Of a DNA stretch of 64,000 nt, positions 20,034 through 30,045 are shown piece by piece. The stretch covers positions 3,872,001 to 3,936,000 of the forward strand of contig CBDCXR010000004.1 in assembly GCA_965223845.1 (NCBI GenBank), given 5' to 3'. The translations under genes were made by a program, and so were the position numbers. This DNA is from Planctomycetota bacterium. Lineage in GTDB: Bacteria; Planctomycetota; UBA8108; SXIK01. Below the pieces are notes generated by a model. That model did no database searches. It was not told the DNA's origin and saw only the letters and a program-made list of their open reading frames with translations. Positions within the stretch are counted from its first letter, which is position 1. Each line of letters starts with the position of its first letter.

Positions 20034-21188
20034 ATGCGATCCACGCACTCGGTCTTCTCACTCTCTCTCGTTTTGTTCTCCGGCGCGGCGCTCGATGCCC
20101 AGGACGAGCGGCCCGGCCTCTCGCCGACGGAACTCCGCGCGAGCGACTCGAGCGCTCCCAAGGGACGGATCGAGCGCACCGTGCGTCCCGCGCCGCGAAC
20201 GAGCGCCGGAGTCTCGCCGTACGAGATTCCGAATACGTATCGCTCGCGCGTCCGTCGCGGCCTCTACGAAGAGACGCCCGTACCCGATGTCCTCGTTCTC
20301 GAGGACGGCCGGCGCGTCGAGGCGTATTTCCTCCAGGCGTACGGTGACCGCTTCGTCTACTACGAAAAAGAGGGCGATCGAGTGTGGGGACGCGCGGCGA
20401 TCCCCCGATCCCACGTGCGGACGGTCCTCCGCGGCGAGTATCTCGAGCGCGATCCCGTCGCGCCGGCAATTCGCATCGGCGCGAAGCAGCCCGTCCGGAA
20501 GAGCGATGTGCTCTCGGGGAGCTTCAGCGGCAAGCAAGATCGCTGGACGACGTGGCGGTTCCGCTTCTACAGCGAATCTCACAAGCCCGGGACGTATACC
20601 GAAGACGCGACCGAGTTCGGGTCCTTCGTTCTCGAGAGCTGGCGCGAACGCGGTCCCTACCGCGGTTCGACTTGGAGCACGGGCACGTATTTCCTCTATG
20701 CGCCGCGGACCGTCAACAACGAGGATTGGGTTCTCGTTCTCGAAGAGATCTCGCACGTCGAGCGAGACCGCACCGATCACAGGAGCTGGCTCACGGGATC
20801 GGTTCCGAATGACACGCTCATCGTCAAATTCTCCGCCGATGGGGATCGCTTCGGACTCCTCTGGTCGAATCTCTCGAGTGGGACGTGGTCTGCGCTCCCG
20901 CAGGTCGAGTTCCAGCGAGAACGGGGCGGCACACTCGAATCACGCGATCCGAGCCGCGCGGTATACCCGAGACGGACCCGCCCGAGCGGAGAGCGACCCG
21001 ACCCCGCGGATCTTCAGTTTGTCCGCGGCGACGGAGCCGCGGTCGTCGACCCCTGGGTGGCCGGGGTGCGAACGTCTCCCGTCCCGGGGAAGGCACTGAC
21101 TCGCGCGACGCCCGTCGCGAGTCGTCGTCGGCCGATCGGTGCTCGACTGCGCGGCTGGAAACGACCCGAGGGCCGCTGGATCAAGTAG
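20034..21188 (+). CDS. Hypothetical exported protein
   Basis: GGAGG RBS; signal-peptide-like N-terminus; aromatic, beta-rich body; fills the gap between flanking genes. Confidence 0.65.
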   Translation: MRSTHSVFSLSLVLFSGAALDAQDERPGLSPTELRASDSSAPKGRIERTVRPAPRTSAGVSPYEIPNTYRSRVRRGLYEETPVPDVLVLEDGRRVEAYFLQAYGDRFVYYEKEGDRVWGRAAIPRSHVRTVLRGEYLERDPVAPAIRIGAKQPVRKSDVLSGSFSGKQDRWTTWRFRFYSESHKPGTYTEDATEFGSFVLESWRERGPYRGSTWSTGTYFLYAPRTVNNEDWVLVLEEISHVERDRTDHRSWLTGSVPNDTLIVKFSADGDRFGLLWSNLSSGTWSALPQVEFQRERGGTLESRDPSRAVYPRRTRPSGERPDPADLQFVRGDGAAVVDPWVAGVRTSPVPGKALTRATPVASRRRPIGARLRGWKRPEGRWIK

Positions 21189-21213
21189 CGCGGAGACGGC
21201 CGCAATCGCGGCG

Positions 21214-22299
21214 TCAGCGAAGCGGCCAGCGGAGCGTCGTCGCGTCCCGGAACACGCGCCAGCGGTTTCGGGGAAGACCATCGAGTGCCTTGGCGACGCG
21301 GGCTTCGATGTCCGCCGTACCGACCGGATCGCGCAGGATAACGAACTCGACGCGCTCGCCGAACTCGCGCACGAACTCGCCGTAGATCTCCGGGTCGTGC
21401 TCGCCGGTGTCGCCGATGAGCACGAACGATCGCTCGGGAAACCTCTCGAAGAGCGCGCGAATCGTGTCGCGCTTGTGCGTGCCTTTCGATCGCACAAACT
21501 CGATGAAGCTGCGATCCTTCAGCCGAAATCGCCGCAGATGCCAGCTCCCGGCGGGGAAGCCCGCGCGCTCAGCAAACTCGCGGAGCGGGGCGCAAAGCTG
21601 CCACGGCGAATTCGAGACGAAGTGGAACGCGGCGCCGGACGCCTCGAGCTCGCGATAGAAGCGGTCGAGCGCTTCGACCGGCGCGTACGGGCGGAGAAAG
21701 GTGTTCTCGAGCATCTTCTTTTCGTCGTGCACCTCGGTGATCTTGATCGTGTCGTCGACGTCGCTGATCACCGAGATCCCCTTTGGCCCCACTGCGCGGA
21801 CGCGACCGGCAAAGGAACGCGAGTCGCTCGGCGGCGGCACGGCTTCCACCCTGATCCAGCCTCCGCCCTCTCCGAGCGTCTCGAGCGCGTCCGCGGGCAG
21901 CGCCACCGTCGACTGGAGGTGTCCGTTCGTCCCGGACGGCGGAAGGCGCACGACGCGGCCCGCGATGCGCACCGGAACGCGCTTTCCTCGTTCGTTGTCG
22001 ACGAGGAATCGCCGCGCACGAGCGCGAAAGAGCTCCGTGTCCTCGCCCGACTTCTCGAGACCGAGTGCGCGGCGCACGCCGCTGAGGAGGGCCCGACGGA
22101 CGCGGCCGTCGTCTTCCGGCTCGTAGATCCAGCCGTGAAGCGGGACCTGCCAGCTCCCGCTCTCCGCATCGCGGAAGGCGTACGTCGGAAACCACTCGAC
22201 GACCTCGTCGGAGCGGATGGGTGACTCGATCTCGGCGTTCGTCATCGTCAGGCCAAGCAACGCGAGAGCGACGCTCCCGACCGCGGTCAGAACTTTCAT
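21214..22299 (-). CDS. App1/DUF2183 family phosphatidate phosphatase-like protein (HAD-like)
   Basis: ISDVDDTIKIT, FVSNSPWQL and LIGDTGEHDPEIY motifs; signal peptide. Confidence 0.85.
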   Translation of the reverse strand: MKVLTAVGSVALALLGLTMTNAEIESPIRSDEVVEWFPTYAFRDAESGSWQVPLHGWIYEPEDDGRVRRALLSGVRRALGLEKSGEDTELFRARARRFLVDNERGKRVPVRIAGRVVRLPPSGTNGHLQSTVALPADALETLGEGGGWIRVEAVPPPSDSRSFAGRVRAVGPKGISVISDVDDTIKITEVHDEKKMLENTFLRPYAPVEALDRFYRELEASGAAFHFVSNSPWQLCAPLREFAERAGFPAGSWHLRRFRLKDRSFIEFVRSKGTHKRDTIRALFERFPERSFVLIGDTGEHDPEIYGEFVREFGERVEFVILRDPVGTADIEARVAKALDGLPRNRWRVFRDATTLRWPLR

Positions 22300-22464
22300 A
22301 CGCGAGTCCTCGATGCGCGGCGGAGCCGATCGTCCGCCGGTGAAGATTGTACCGGCGCGCCCGGATTCATGCGACGCGGACGCGACCCGCCGACTCGCCC
22401 CTTCCGGATCTGCGCGCGTTTCGGTCTACTCGCGGGGCACGACGACACCCGTGGAGAACGCGCC

Positions 22465-23115
22465 ATGCCCAGTCTCGATCCGAGCCAACTCTCGAAGCCC
22501 GATCGCCACCGCCTCGTCATCGGAAGCGTCGTCCCGCGACCGATCGCTTGGATCACGACGCAGTCGATCTCCGACGGCGGCGAACCGCCGATCGTCAACC
22601 TCGCTCCGTTCAGCTTCTTCATGGGGGTCACATCGTCGCCGCCGACGATCGCAGTCAGCATTGGATCCCGTTCGCCCGTCAAGGATACGCTGGCGAATCT
22701 TCGCGCGAGTGGAGAGGCAGTCGTTCACCTCACGCCGGCGGAGCATCTCGAGACCGTGAATCAAACTGGAGCTGAGTACGCGAGCGACGTGAGCGAGATC
22801 GACGCGCTCGGACTCGACACGCTCGCTTCGGTCGTCGTTGCGCCGCCGCGCCTCGCGATCGCCGAGGTCGCGCTCGAATGCCGGCTGCAGCAAGAGGTGC
22901 ACATCGGCTCTCCCGGGGCGACGCTCTGCGTGCTCGAGATCGTTCACGCGCACGTCGCCGACGCCGTCGCCGGCGACGATGGCCTCCCCGACCCGCGCCG
23001 CCTGAGCGCGGTGGCGCGTCTCGGCGGCCGGGCGTACCTTCGCGCCGAAGCCTGGGACGTCGCCGAACAGCCCCCGCCGAACGCACCGGACGATCAGTCG
23101 ATCCGTCGCGGCTGA
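22465..23115 (+). CDS. Flavin reductase family protein (DIM6/NTAB, FMN-binding split barrel)
   Basis: VVPRPIAWITT, NLAPFSFF, KDTLANL and ARLGG motifs. Confidence 0.88.
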   Translation: MPSLDPSQLSKPDRHRLVIGSVVPRPIAWITTQSISDGGEPPIVNLAPFSFFMGVTSSPPTIAVSIGSRSPVKDTLANLRASGEAVVHLTPAEHLETVNQTGAEYASDVSEIDALGLDTLASVVVAPPRLAIAEVALECRLQQEVHIGSPGATLCVLEIVHAHVADAVAGDDGLPDPRRLSAVARLGGRAYLRAEAWDVAEQPPPNAPDDQSIRRG

Positions 23116-23119
23116 GACT

Positions 23120-23800
23120 CTACTCGGACGTCGCCTTCGCGGCGATTCTCCGGAGCGGTTCGGCCCAGGTCTTCGGGGGCGGCGCGGTCCACGTGAGCGG
23201 CTCTCGCCGCACCGGGTGTTCCACCGTGAGGGAGTAGGCGTGGAGCGCGAGATTGCGCCCGTCGAACTCGCTCTTCGCTCCGTAGCGAAAATCGCCGACG
23301 ATCGGTGTCCCCCGGTGGGCGAGCTGGACGCGGACTTGGTGAGGGCGACCGGTCTCGAGCTCGACGTCGACGACCGTTTCCCCGTCGCGCGACCCGAGGG
23401 CGCGCCAGCGAAGCCGCGCTTCGCGCGCGCCGGGCGCGTCGGGATCGACGACGCGCACGTGACGATCTCGCTTCACGAGAAAGTCGACGCAGCGGCCACT
23501 CCCTTTCAGCTCGCCTTCGACGACGGCGACATAGCGCTTCGCCGGCGCGCGCGTGCGGAACTGCGCGGAGAGTCGAGCCGCCGCTTTCGACGTCCGCGCA
23601 AAGACGACGACTCCGGAGACGGGACGATCGAGCCGATGCACCAAGCCGAGAAAGACGTTTCCCGGCTTCGCGAAGCGCTCCTTCAAGAACGATTTCCCCC
23701 AGCTGAGGAGATCGCGGTCGCGGGTCGAGTCGGCCTGGGTGAGAACTCCCGCCGGCTTATTCACGACGAGAAGATGGTTGTCGAGGTAGAGGACGTCCAT
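23120..23800 (-). CDS. RluA family RNA pseudouridine synthase
   Basis: VNKPAG, HRLDRPVSG, TGRPHQVRVQL, GDFRYG and LHAYSL motifs. Confidence 0.92.
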   Translation of the reverse strand: MDVLYLDNHLLVVNKPAGVLTQADSTRDRDLLSWGKSFLKERFAKPGNVFLGLVHRLDRPVSGVVVFARTSKAAARLSAQFRTRAPAKRYVAVVEGELKGSGRCVDFLVKRDRHVRVVDPDAPGAREARLRWRALGSRDGETVVDVELETGRPHQVRVQLAHRGTPIVGDFRYGAKSEFDGRNLALHAYSLTVEHPVRREPLTWTAPPPKTWAEPLRRIAAKATSE

Positions 23801-23841
23801 CGCTTCCGCGAGCGAACCGTGAATCCGCGCTTCGTGCGAGA

Positions 23842-24048
23842 TCAGGCGTCGTCGCCCTCACGCGAAGCATCGGGATCCATGCCGGCCTCGATCTTCGCGA
23901 GCCGCTCGCGATGACGGTAGTACTGGGCAAAGCAGCCACGGACGCCGAAGACGACGATCGAAACCGCGGCGACGATGAAGACGAGGACCTCCGGTCGGAG
24001 AATGTTCCTCTGCCAGCTCAGCTCCTGCGCTAGAAACCACGAAACCAT
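23842..24048 (-). CDS. Small single-TM membrane protein
   Basis: AAAGGAG RBS; one TM followed by HRERLAKIEAGMDPD. Confidence 0.7.
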   Translation of the reverse strand: MVSWFLAQELSWQRNILRPEVLVFIVAAVSIVVFGVRGCFAQYYRHRERLAKIEAGMDPDASREGDDA

Positions 24049-24476
24049 TGCTGCTCCTTTCGAGGCGGGTCCCGACTTTCGCGAGCCGCTCCAAGAATCC
24101 GAATTCGCCCGTCCGGGCTTCTTCTCCGAAGCGATCCCCTCGGGCCGCTTCCTTGTCGCGAATCGCCGACGATTCCTTCAGGATCGCCCGCAGTTCGCCT
24201 CGTGATGCCGCGGAGAACTCGTTCTTCGTCTCCGAACCAGATTTTGGACCGTCGCCTCGCGCCGGTGAATCCGGCCCTCTCCCATGAGAACGCCACCGCC
24301 GAGAACGCGCAAGTCCGCGCGGCGATAGCGATCGAACGACGGCGCGGGCGCGTCCGCGAGAACTGACGGTGGAATCGATCGCGTGGTATGCTCCCCGCGG
24401 CTGCCGGGGCGCGTTCGCACTCCGCGCGCTGCGACCACGGAACCCGGAACTCCCGACCGCGAGTCGGCGAAGATCG

Positions 24477-26447
24477 ATGCCCCGAACCACGCCCGCGACG
24501 ATCCCGAGCGAGAAAACCGTCAGCGCGACGATCCGCGAGATCGTCCGGCGCCACGGCGCGCGCGTCCGACCCGACGCCGAACGCGGAGTCCGCGCCTGCG
24601 CACGCGTCTGGCCGAAGGGAGATCCGGGCTTCCGGGAATTCTGCGGCGAGCAGTACGTGCCGCCCGGTCGACCGAGGACGCCGCTCCTTCGGCGCTTGGA
24701 CGAATTCCATCACGCCGTCAGCGGCAATCTCGGCGCCAGCCTCAAGGTCGCCCGCGCCGGACTCGACATCGCAGATCGTCCGGATCTCGCCGCGGAGCGA
24801 GTGCTGAGTGCGTACGCTCCCGCGAGCCATCTCGACGAGGACTACCGGCGGGAGAAGATCGCCGCGCTCGCGCAGCTCAACTTCGGTACCGACGATCGGC
24901 GGCCGCCGAGATCGCGCGCCGCGTGGGCTGCGCGTCGTGTGGGACAAATCGGTCGAGAGGCGATCCCCCCGCGCCTCCTCGCCGACTACTCCCGCGCGGA
25001 AAGCGCGGCAAACGCGTTCGTCTCGGAGTACAACCTCCGGGTCGACCAGTTCGATTTCGGGGACTCGCGCGTGCGATTTCCGAAGAATACGCTTCTCGTC
25101 TCGCATTGGGGCCTTCGCGACCACCTGGCTTCTCTCTACGGCGAACCCACCGCGCTGCCGACCCAGCGTGCTCTCGCCGACCTCCTTCGGCGCGTCGTCG
25201 ACGGAGACGTGCCGCGGGAAGTGCTCGGAGGAACTAGCGCGCACTGGGATCTCGTCCGGGGGCGAATCCGAGAGGGAAGACGCACCACACGCGCTGTCGG
25301 ACACGGACCGCTCCGCTGGGAGTGCTTCCGCAAAGTCTGGGAGGCGCACCGGAGGATCGATCCTCACCGCGAGTTCGGAAGCGTCGTCGCGAACAAGTTT
25401 CTCGTCGAACGCGAGATGACCGAAGATCGAGTCGTGGGGATGCTCGAGGACATCGTTTCGTCGCCGCTCGCCGAACGCGTCGGACGCTTCCTCCGGGATG
25501 CCCTCGGCCGCGAACTCGAGCCCTTCGACATCTACTGCCGGAAGTTCGCGTCGACGCAGCGGCGGCGAAAGCGAACGACGAGCGGCCCGGCCACGAAGCG
25601 TACGCGCTACGCCGACGCCGGTTCGCTCCATCGAGCGATCGTTCCGATCCTCCGGCGTTTCGGCTGGACGAAGCGCCGCGCGGAGTGGATCCGTGATCGC
25701 ATCCGGGTCGACAACGGACGGAGCGCCGGACACGCCTGGCCACCGTACACGGACACCGATACTCAGCTTCTTCGCGTACGCGTCGGTCCGACGGGAGTCG
25801 ATGATCTGAACTTCGAGGTCTTCATGCACGAGCTCGGACACTGTGTCGAGGGCGTCCTTTCGAGCTACGAGATGGACTACCGCTCGCTTTGGGGAGTTCC
25901 GAACACCGCATTCACGGAAGGCTTCGCGTTCACGTTTCAAGATCGCACCGATTTCATTTTGGGCCGCGCTCCGCGCGCGGCGAGCGACGAAGCGATGCTC
26001 CTCAGATTCTGGGAGCCGTTCGAGATCGCCGGCTCGGCGCTGACCGAGATCCGCTTCTACCATTGGCTGTACGATCACCCGCGCGCGAGTGCCGATCAGA
26101 TGATGCGGGCGATTCGCAGAATCGCCGATGCGGTGTGGGAGGAGTTCTACGCTCGAGTCCTCGGGCCATCCGATCTCGGCTTGCTCGCGGTCTACAGTCA
26201 CATCCTCACGGGTGATTTCTACCTCGCCGACTATCCCCTCGGTTACATCGTCGCCCATCAGGTTCGCCGCCATCTCGCCGGACGATCGGGCGCGGGACAG
26301 CCCGAGCTCGCCGAGGAAATGGAGCGCCTCTGCTCGCTCGGAAGGATTTATCCCGACTCGTGGATGAAGGCGGCCGTCGGGTCGCCCGTCTCCGCCGCTC
26401 CGCTTCTCGACGACACCGAGCGCGCCCTCTCCTCGCTCGGCTACTGA
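24477..26447 (+). CDS. Gluzincin (M3-like) metallopeptidase-fold protein
   Basis: HELGH zinc motif with downstream GVPNTAFTEGFAF Glu; SHWGLRD, SAGHAW and DYPLGY motifs. Confidence 0.65.
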   Translation: MPRTTPATIPSEKTVSATIREIVRRHGARVRPDAERGVRACARVWPKGDPGFREFCGEQYVPPGRPRTPLLRRLDEFHHAVSGNLGASLKVARAGLDIADRPDLAAERVLSAYAPASHLDEDYRREKIAALAQLNFGTDDRRPPRSRAAWAARRVGQIGREAIPPRLLADYSRAESAANAFVSEYNLRVDQFDFGDSRVRFPKNTLLVSHWGLRDHLASLYGEPTALPTQRALADLLRRVVDGDVPREVLGGTSAHWDLVRGRIREGRRTTRAVGHGPLRWECFRKVWEAHRRIDPHREFGSVVANKFLVEREMTEDRVVGMLEDIVSSPLAERVGRFLRDALGRELEPFDIYCRKFASTQRRRKRTTSGPATKRTRYADAGSLHRAIVPILRRFGWTKRRAEWIRDRIRVDNGRSAGHAWPPYTDTDTQLLRVRVGPTGVDDLNFEVFMHELGHCVEGVLSSYEMDYRSLWGVPNTAFTEGFAFTFQDRTDFILGRAPRAASDEAMLLRFWEPFEIAGSALTEIRFYHWLYDHPRASADQMMRAIRRIADAVWEEFYARVLGPSDLGLLAVYSHILTGDFYLADYPLGYIVAHQVRRHLAGRSGAGQPELAEEMERLCSLGRIYPDSWMKAAVGSPVSAAPLLDDTERALSSLGY

Positions 26448-26730
26448 TCCACGTCGAGCCGTCGATTCGGCGAACTCCGACCTAAATTCGATTTCGGCGG
26501 AGGCGCCGGAGATCGATCCTCCGGCCGAACGATTCGGTTGGGTCGAAACGGGGAGGCTCGGCCGGCGTCCGTAGAGTTGCCGGCAGCGATCACGCTGCTG
26601 CCGGGAAGGAAGTCTCCGCGCGAGGAAAAAGTTTTCGCATTTTTTTCAAACGATCGGGCGGTAGCGATCGTACTAAACAGTAGGAAAGCGGCCGGAGAGC
26701 CGCTCCTCACGACTCGCCGGAGTTCGATCG

Positions 26731-28449
26731 ATGCCTCTTTTCCCCGCCCCTCAACCGAACCCGCTCGAACGCGTTCCGCTCGAGACCGCGATCGGTGGTT
26801 CGACGACGGCGGTAGGAATCGTCTCTGCGCTCGCGAGCGCGTCCACGCTCGGAGAGCAGGGATCGACGACCGAGTCTTCCGCGGTGTCCCCACCGATCAC
26901 CGAGCGGTACGAGATTCGTCGCGAGCTTGCGCGCGGCGGAATGGGAATCGTCTACGAGGCTTGGGATCGGAGACTCCTCCGGGCGGTCGCGCTCAAGATG
27001 CTGCTGAGCGGCGAGATGGAGCCCGCGCGGTTCTTCCTCGAAGCCCAGCTCACGGGCCGCATCGACGACTCGGGTGTCGTCCCCGTATTCGACTTCGGTC
27101 GGGACGCGCGCGGACGCTCCTACTACACGATGCGACTCGTCAGCGGGATTCGTCTCGACGACGCGTTTCGTCACGTGTGGAACGACACCCCCGGTTGGTC
27201 GGTCGCCCGCGTTCTTCGCGCTCTCGAGAACGTCGCACGGACGGTTGGTCGAGCTCACTCCTGCGGAATCATCCACCGCGATCTGAAGCCTTCGAACATC
27301 ATGATCGAGGGTTCGGACGGTCGGGCTCGGGCGCAGATCTCGGGCGCGTTCGAACTGCCGGGGGATCGGACGTTCGTCATCGATTGGGGCCTCGCGAAAG
27401 ACCTGAGCCGCGACGACACGGAATGGGTGGAGGGAGAGAGTCCGATTCCCACGCCTCGGTCGATCGCTAACGAAGCCAACGAATCGAACGGGGCCGCGAG
27501 TGGCCTCACCCGCGCCGGCAGTGTCGTCGGAACGGCACCGTTCATGGCGCCCGAGCAGGCCGCGAGCGCGGATGTCACTCGAGCCGCCGACATCTATTCG
27601 CTCGGCGCTATTCTGTACACTCTGCTCACCGGCCGGACACCGTACTCCGATTCCCAGGGTGATTCGCCGAACGACGTCGCGGACCGACTCCGAGCTGCCC
27701 CACCGACCCCCGTCCGCGAAATCCACGCGAAAGCACCGCGGGATCTCACTCGAATTTGCGAGCGCGCGATGGCGCGGCGCCCGGAGGACCGCTATTCGAA
27801 CCTCGACGCGTTCGCCGCCGACCTCCGTCGATGCGCGCGGCGGAGAGAGCGCTCTGCCGCAGCGATCCTTCCCGCCGCACGCAGCCTCGCTCGAAGCGCG
27901 AGCGTCTTGACTGCGGAGCGCATCGTGCGCCCGGCGTGGAGAGCTTCGCGCCGTTTCGCCGGGGCGGCGGCCGCCGCACTGCTCGTCATCGGAGCGCTCG
28001 TCGCGGCCATTTGGTGTACGGATACGCCGGAGCGCGGCGACACGACGGCGAAACAGTCGATCGGCACCTCGAGCGGAGAGGCGCTGAGCTCGGCTCCGAG
28101 TCAGCCCGTCGAGCCGCAAGAGCCCGACCGCGTGCTCACCGTAGAGAAGCTCACGGTGAGAGCGGAACGTGCACTCGCACCGGCCTCGGCTCGGTCACGA
28201 ACCGTCACCACCCGGATCGAGTTCGCTACGGAAGCGGCGTGCGACCGAAATTCGGATCTCACCCCGCTCCTCTGCATCGGCTGGAGTCGAGTCCGCCCCG
28301 TGCTGGACTCCGGGACAACGATCTCCGTGCGCAAGACTTCCGCCGACGACACCCGACGCGACCGGTACCACCGCGAGCGCAGCAAGCGCGACCGCGAGTC
28401 CCCGAGAATTGCGCGTCCGATCTCGGGACGACTCAGCGGCTCGTCTTGA
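26731..28449 (+). CDS. Hanks-type Ser/Thr protein kinase with a C-terminal TM
   Basis: LARGGMGIVY, VALK, HRDLKPSN, IDWGLAK, GTAPFMAPEQ and DIYSLG motifs. Confidence 0.9.
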   Translation: MPLFPAPQPNPLERVPLETAIGGSTTAVGIVSALASASTLGEQGSTTESSAVSPPITERYEIRRELARGGMGIVYEAWDRRLLRAVALKMLLSGEMEPARFFLEAQLTGRIDDSGVVPVFDFGRDARGRSYYTMRLVSGIRLDDAFRHVWNDTPGWSVARVLRALENVARTVGRAHSCGIIHRDLKPSNIMIEGSDGRARAQISGAFELPGDRTFVIDWGLAKDLSRDDTEWVEGESPIPTPRSIANEANESNGAASGLTRAGSVVGTAPFMAPEQAASADVTRAADIYSLGAILYTLLTGRTPYSDSQGDSPNDVADRLRAAPPTPVREIHAKAPRDLTRICERAMARRPEDRYSNLDAFAADLRRCARRRERSAAAILPAARSLARSASVLTAERIVRPAWRASRRFAGAAAAALLVIGALVAAIWCTDTPERGDTTAKQSIGTSSGEALSSAPSQPVEPQEPDRVLTVEKLTVRAERALAPASARSRTVTTRIEFATEAACDRNSDLTPLLCIGWSRVRPVLDSGTTISVRKTSADDTRRDRYHRERSKRDRESPRIARPISGRLSGSS

Positions 28450-28846
28450 GGTTGAGCTTCCGAACGAGCATTCGGTGCACGCCGGCGGACTTCTCCGCGA
28501 GCGCCTGAACCTTCTTGATCTCGCCGGTATCGAGCCAGACGCCGTGGCTGGAGCACTGGTCGATCACGACGTGCACGCTTTCGTCGTAGTGCGCGCGTGC
28601 CATCTCCGTGCCGCACTTTGGACAGGGCGCGGGTTCCTGTGTGCCCGTCGACGACGCATCGCGCAGGTTGAGGATCTGCTCGCGTTCCTCGTCGGAAAAC
28701 TCGAACGTCCGATTCGCGAGGATCTCTTCGAGCTCTCCCGTATCGAGCCAGAATCCCCAGCATGCGTCGCACACGTCGACCTCGACGCCTTCGTAGTCGA
28801 CGTTGCGGAGGGGAAGCTTACAGCGCGGACAATTGAGTTCAGACAT
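28433..28846 (-). CDS. Tandem zf-TFIIB zinc-ribbon protein
   Basis: CPRC...VDVCDACWGFWLDTGEL and CPKC...IDQCSSHGVWLDTGEI; GGAGG RBS. Confidence 0.85.
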   Translation of the reverse strand: MSELNCPRCKLPLRNVDYEGVEVDVCDACWGFWLDTGELEEILANRTFEFSDEEREQILNLRDASSTGTQEPAPCPKCGTEMARAHYDESVHVVIDQCSSHGVWLDTGEIKKVQALAEKSAGVHRMLVRKLNLKTSR

Positions 28847-29102
28847 GATTGGACCTCCCGGAGTGAGCTTACTTCTTACGATACCGCGGACGTGAACACG
28901 CGCCAATGTCGGCCCGGACTCGGCCGCTCACAGCGTTCGGTGAGGGAGCGGTCGACAAGGCAGAAGGACGGGACGGCTCACCGTTCCGAGGTCTGCTTGT
29001 AGCACAGTTGGGAACGATGGGGCGACACGTCCGGCGCACGGATCGACGTCGTTCACTGGCGTCGGGAGAGCGGCTGAGAGTCCGGATTGGAGCTGAGTCG
29101 CT

Positions 29103-29999
29103 TCATCGATCGACCGAGGTACGAATTCGCAGCGCGGCGCGCGCCTGCTCGGTCGCTTGACGCGGAAAGTCGCGTTCGTAGCGGGCGGTGAGATCGTCGA
29201 CGGACCCGCGAAGAAGGTAGACGCGTCCACGCGCGCGCTTCTCTTCGCCCGGCGCGAGCCCGCCGAGACGGAAGTCCGAGTGAAGGCAGACGATCACGCC
29301 CTGAAACAGCTCCTGATAGGGCTCCCAAGCCATCGCGAGCATCCATTCGCCGTCTTCCGAGACGCAGCCGATGAGGCCATTCGACGGCACCTCGGGGCTG
29401 ATCGGCCGCGGGTTGACGTCCGCGTGATCGATCCCCGGGGGCACGTAGACCTGCCCGCCGCGGTAGCGAGCCTCCTCGGTGCGGCGCGTCGAGTGGAGAA
29501 ACACCGGCGCGCCGTCGAGGAAGATGAAGCTTCGTTCGATGTAGGTCGCTTGGTCCCGCCCGGTGAACTCCCCCACCCGCATGCAAGGCTGGACCCAGAC
29601 GGCTTCGACGTACTCGCCGCCGGGGTTTCGCGCCCGGACGTCGAACGCGACGCCGTCGTTGACGACGCGGATCTCGTGCTCGACCTCGACGCCTCCGGTC
29701 ACGCTGCACCGAAGCCGAATCGAACTCCCGTCGGCCGTCGCCTCGACGAGCTCGGTCGAGTGTCCCAGCGTCGTTCCCGACCAATCCCGGTCGGTCGATC
29801 CTCCGCGGCAGTACGCCTCGAGATACCAAATCTCGACGCGACCGCCCGGCACTCCTTCTCCCGAGATCCAGAGCTTGTCGTCGGCCCATTCGATACGAAG
29901 CTCCGGAGTCGTTCCTCCGAAACTTGCGAACGGTTGACATCCACCGCCGACGACGACGAAGGCGACGCAACACGAGAGGCGGCCAATGAAACTCAGCAT
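29103..29999 (-). CDS. Conserved hypothetical exported protein or lipoprotein
   Basis: VVVGGGC lipobox-like N-terminus; YLEAYCR, QPCMRV and ELFQGVIVCLHSDFR; directly downstream of the GntP gene. Confidence 0.7.
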   Translation of the reverse strand: MLSFIGRLSCCVAFVVVGGGCQPFASFGGTTPELRIEWADDKLWISGEGVPGGRVEIWYLEAYCRGGSTDRDWSGTTLGHSTELVEATADGSSIRLRCSVTGGVEVEHEIRVVNDGVAFDVRARNPGGEYVEAVWVQPCMRVGEFTGRDQATYIERSFIFLDGAPVFLHSTRRTEEARYRGGQVYVPPGIDHADVNPRPISPEVPSNGLIGCVSEDGEWMLAMAWEPYQELFQGVIVCLHSDFRLGGLAPGEEKRARGRVYLLRGSVDDLTARYERDFPRQATEQARAALRIRTSVDR

Positions 30000-30045
30000 G
30001 AATCTCCCCCCGGAGGTTTGAGAAGAGGGAGCGGGCTCGAGGAAC

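Noticed and set aside
24030-26273. 747-aa minus-strand ORF
   Set aside because: Antisense shadow of the HELGH peptidase gene.
26657-26666. GGCGGTAGCG resembling an ops/RfaH element
   Set aside because: Short GC-rich match, not upstream of a long polysaccharide or secretion operon; likely chance.
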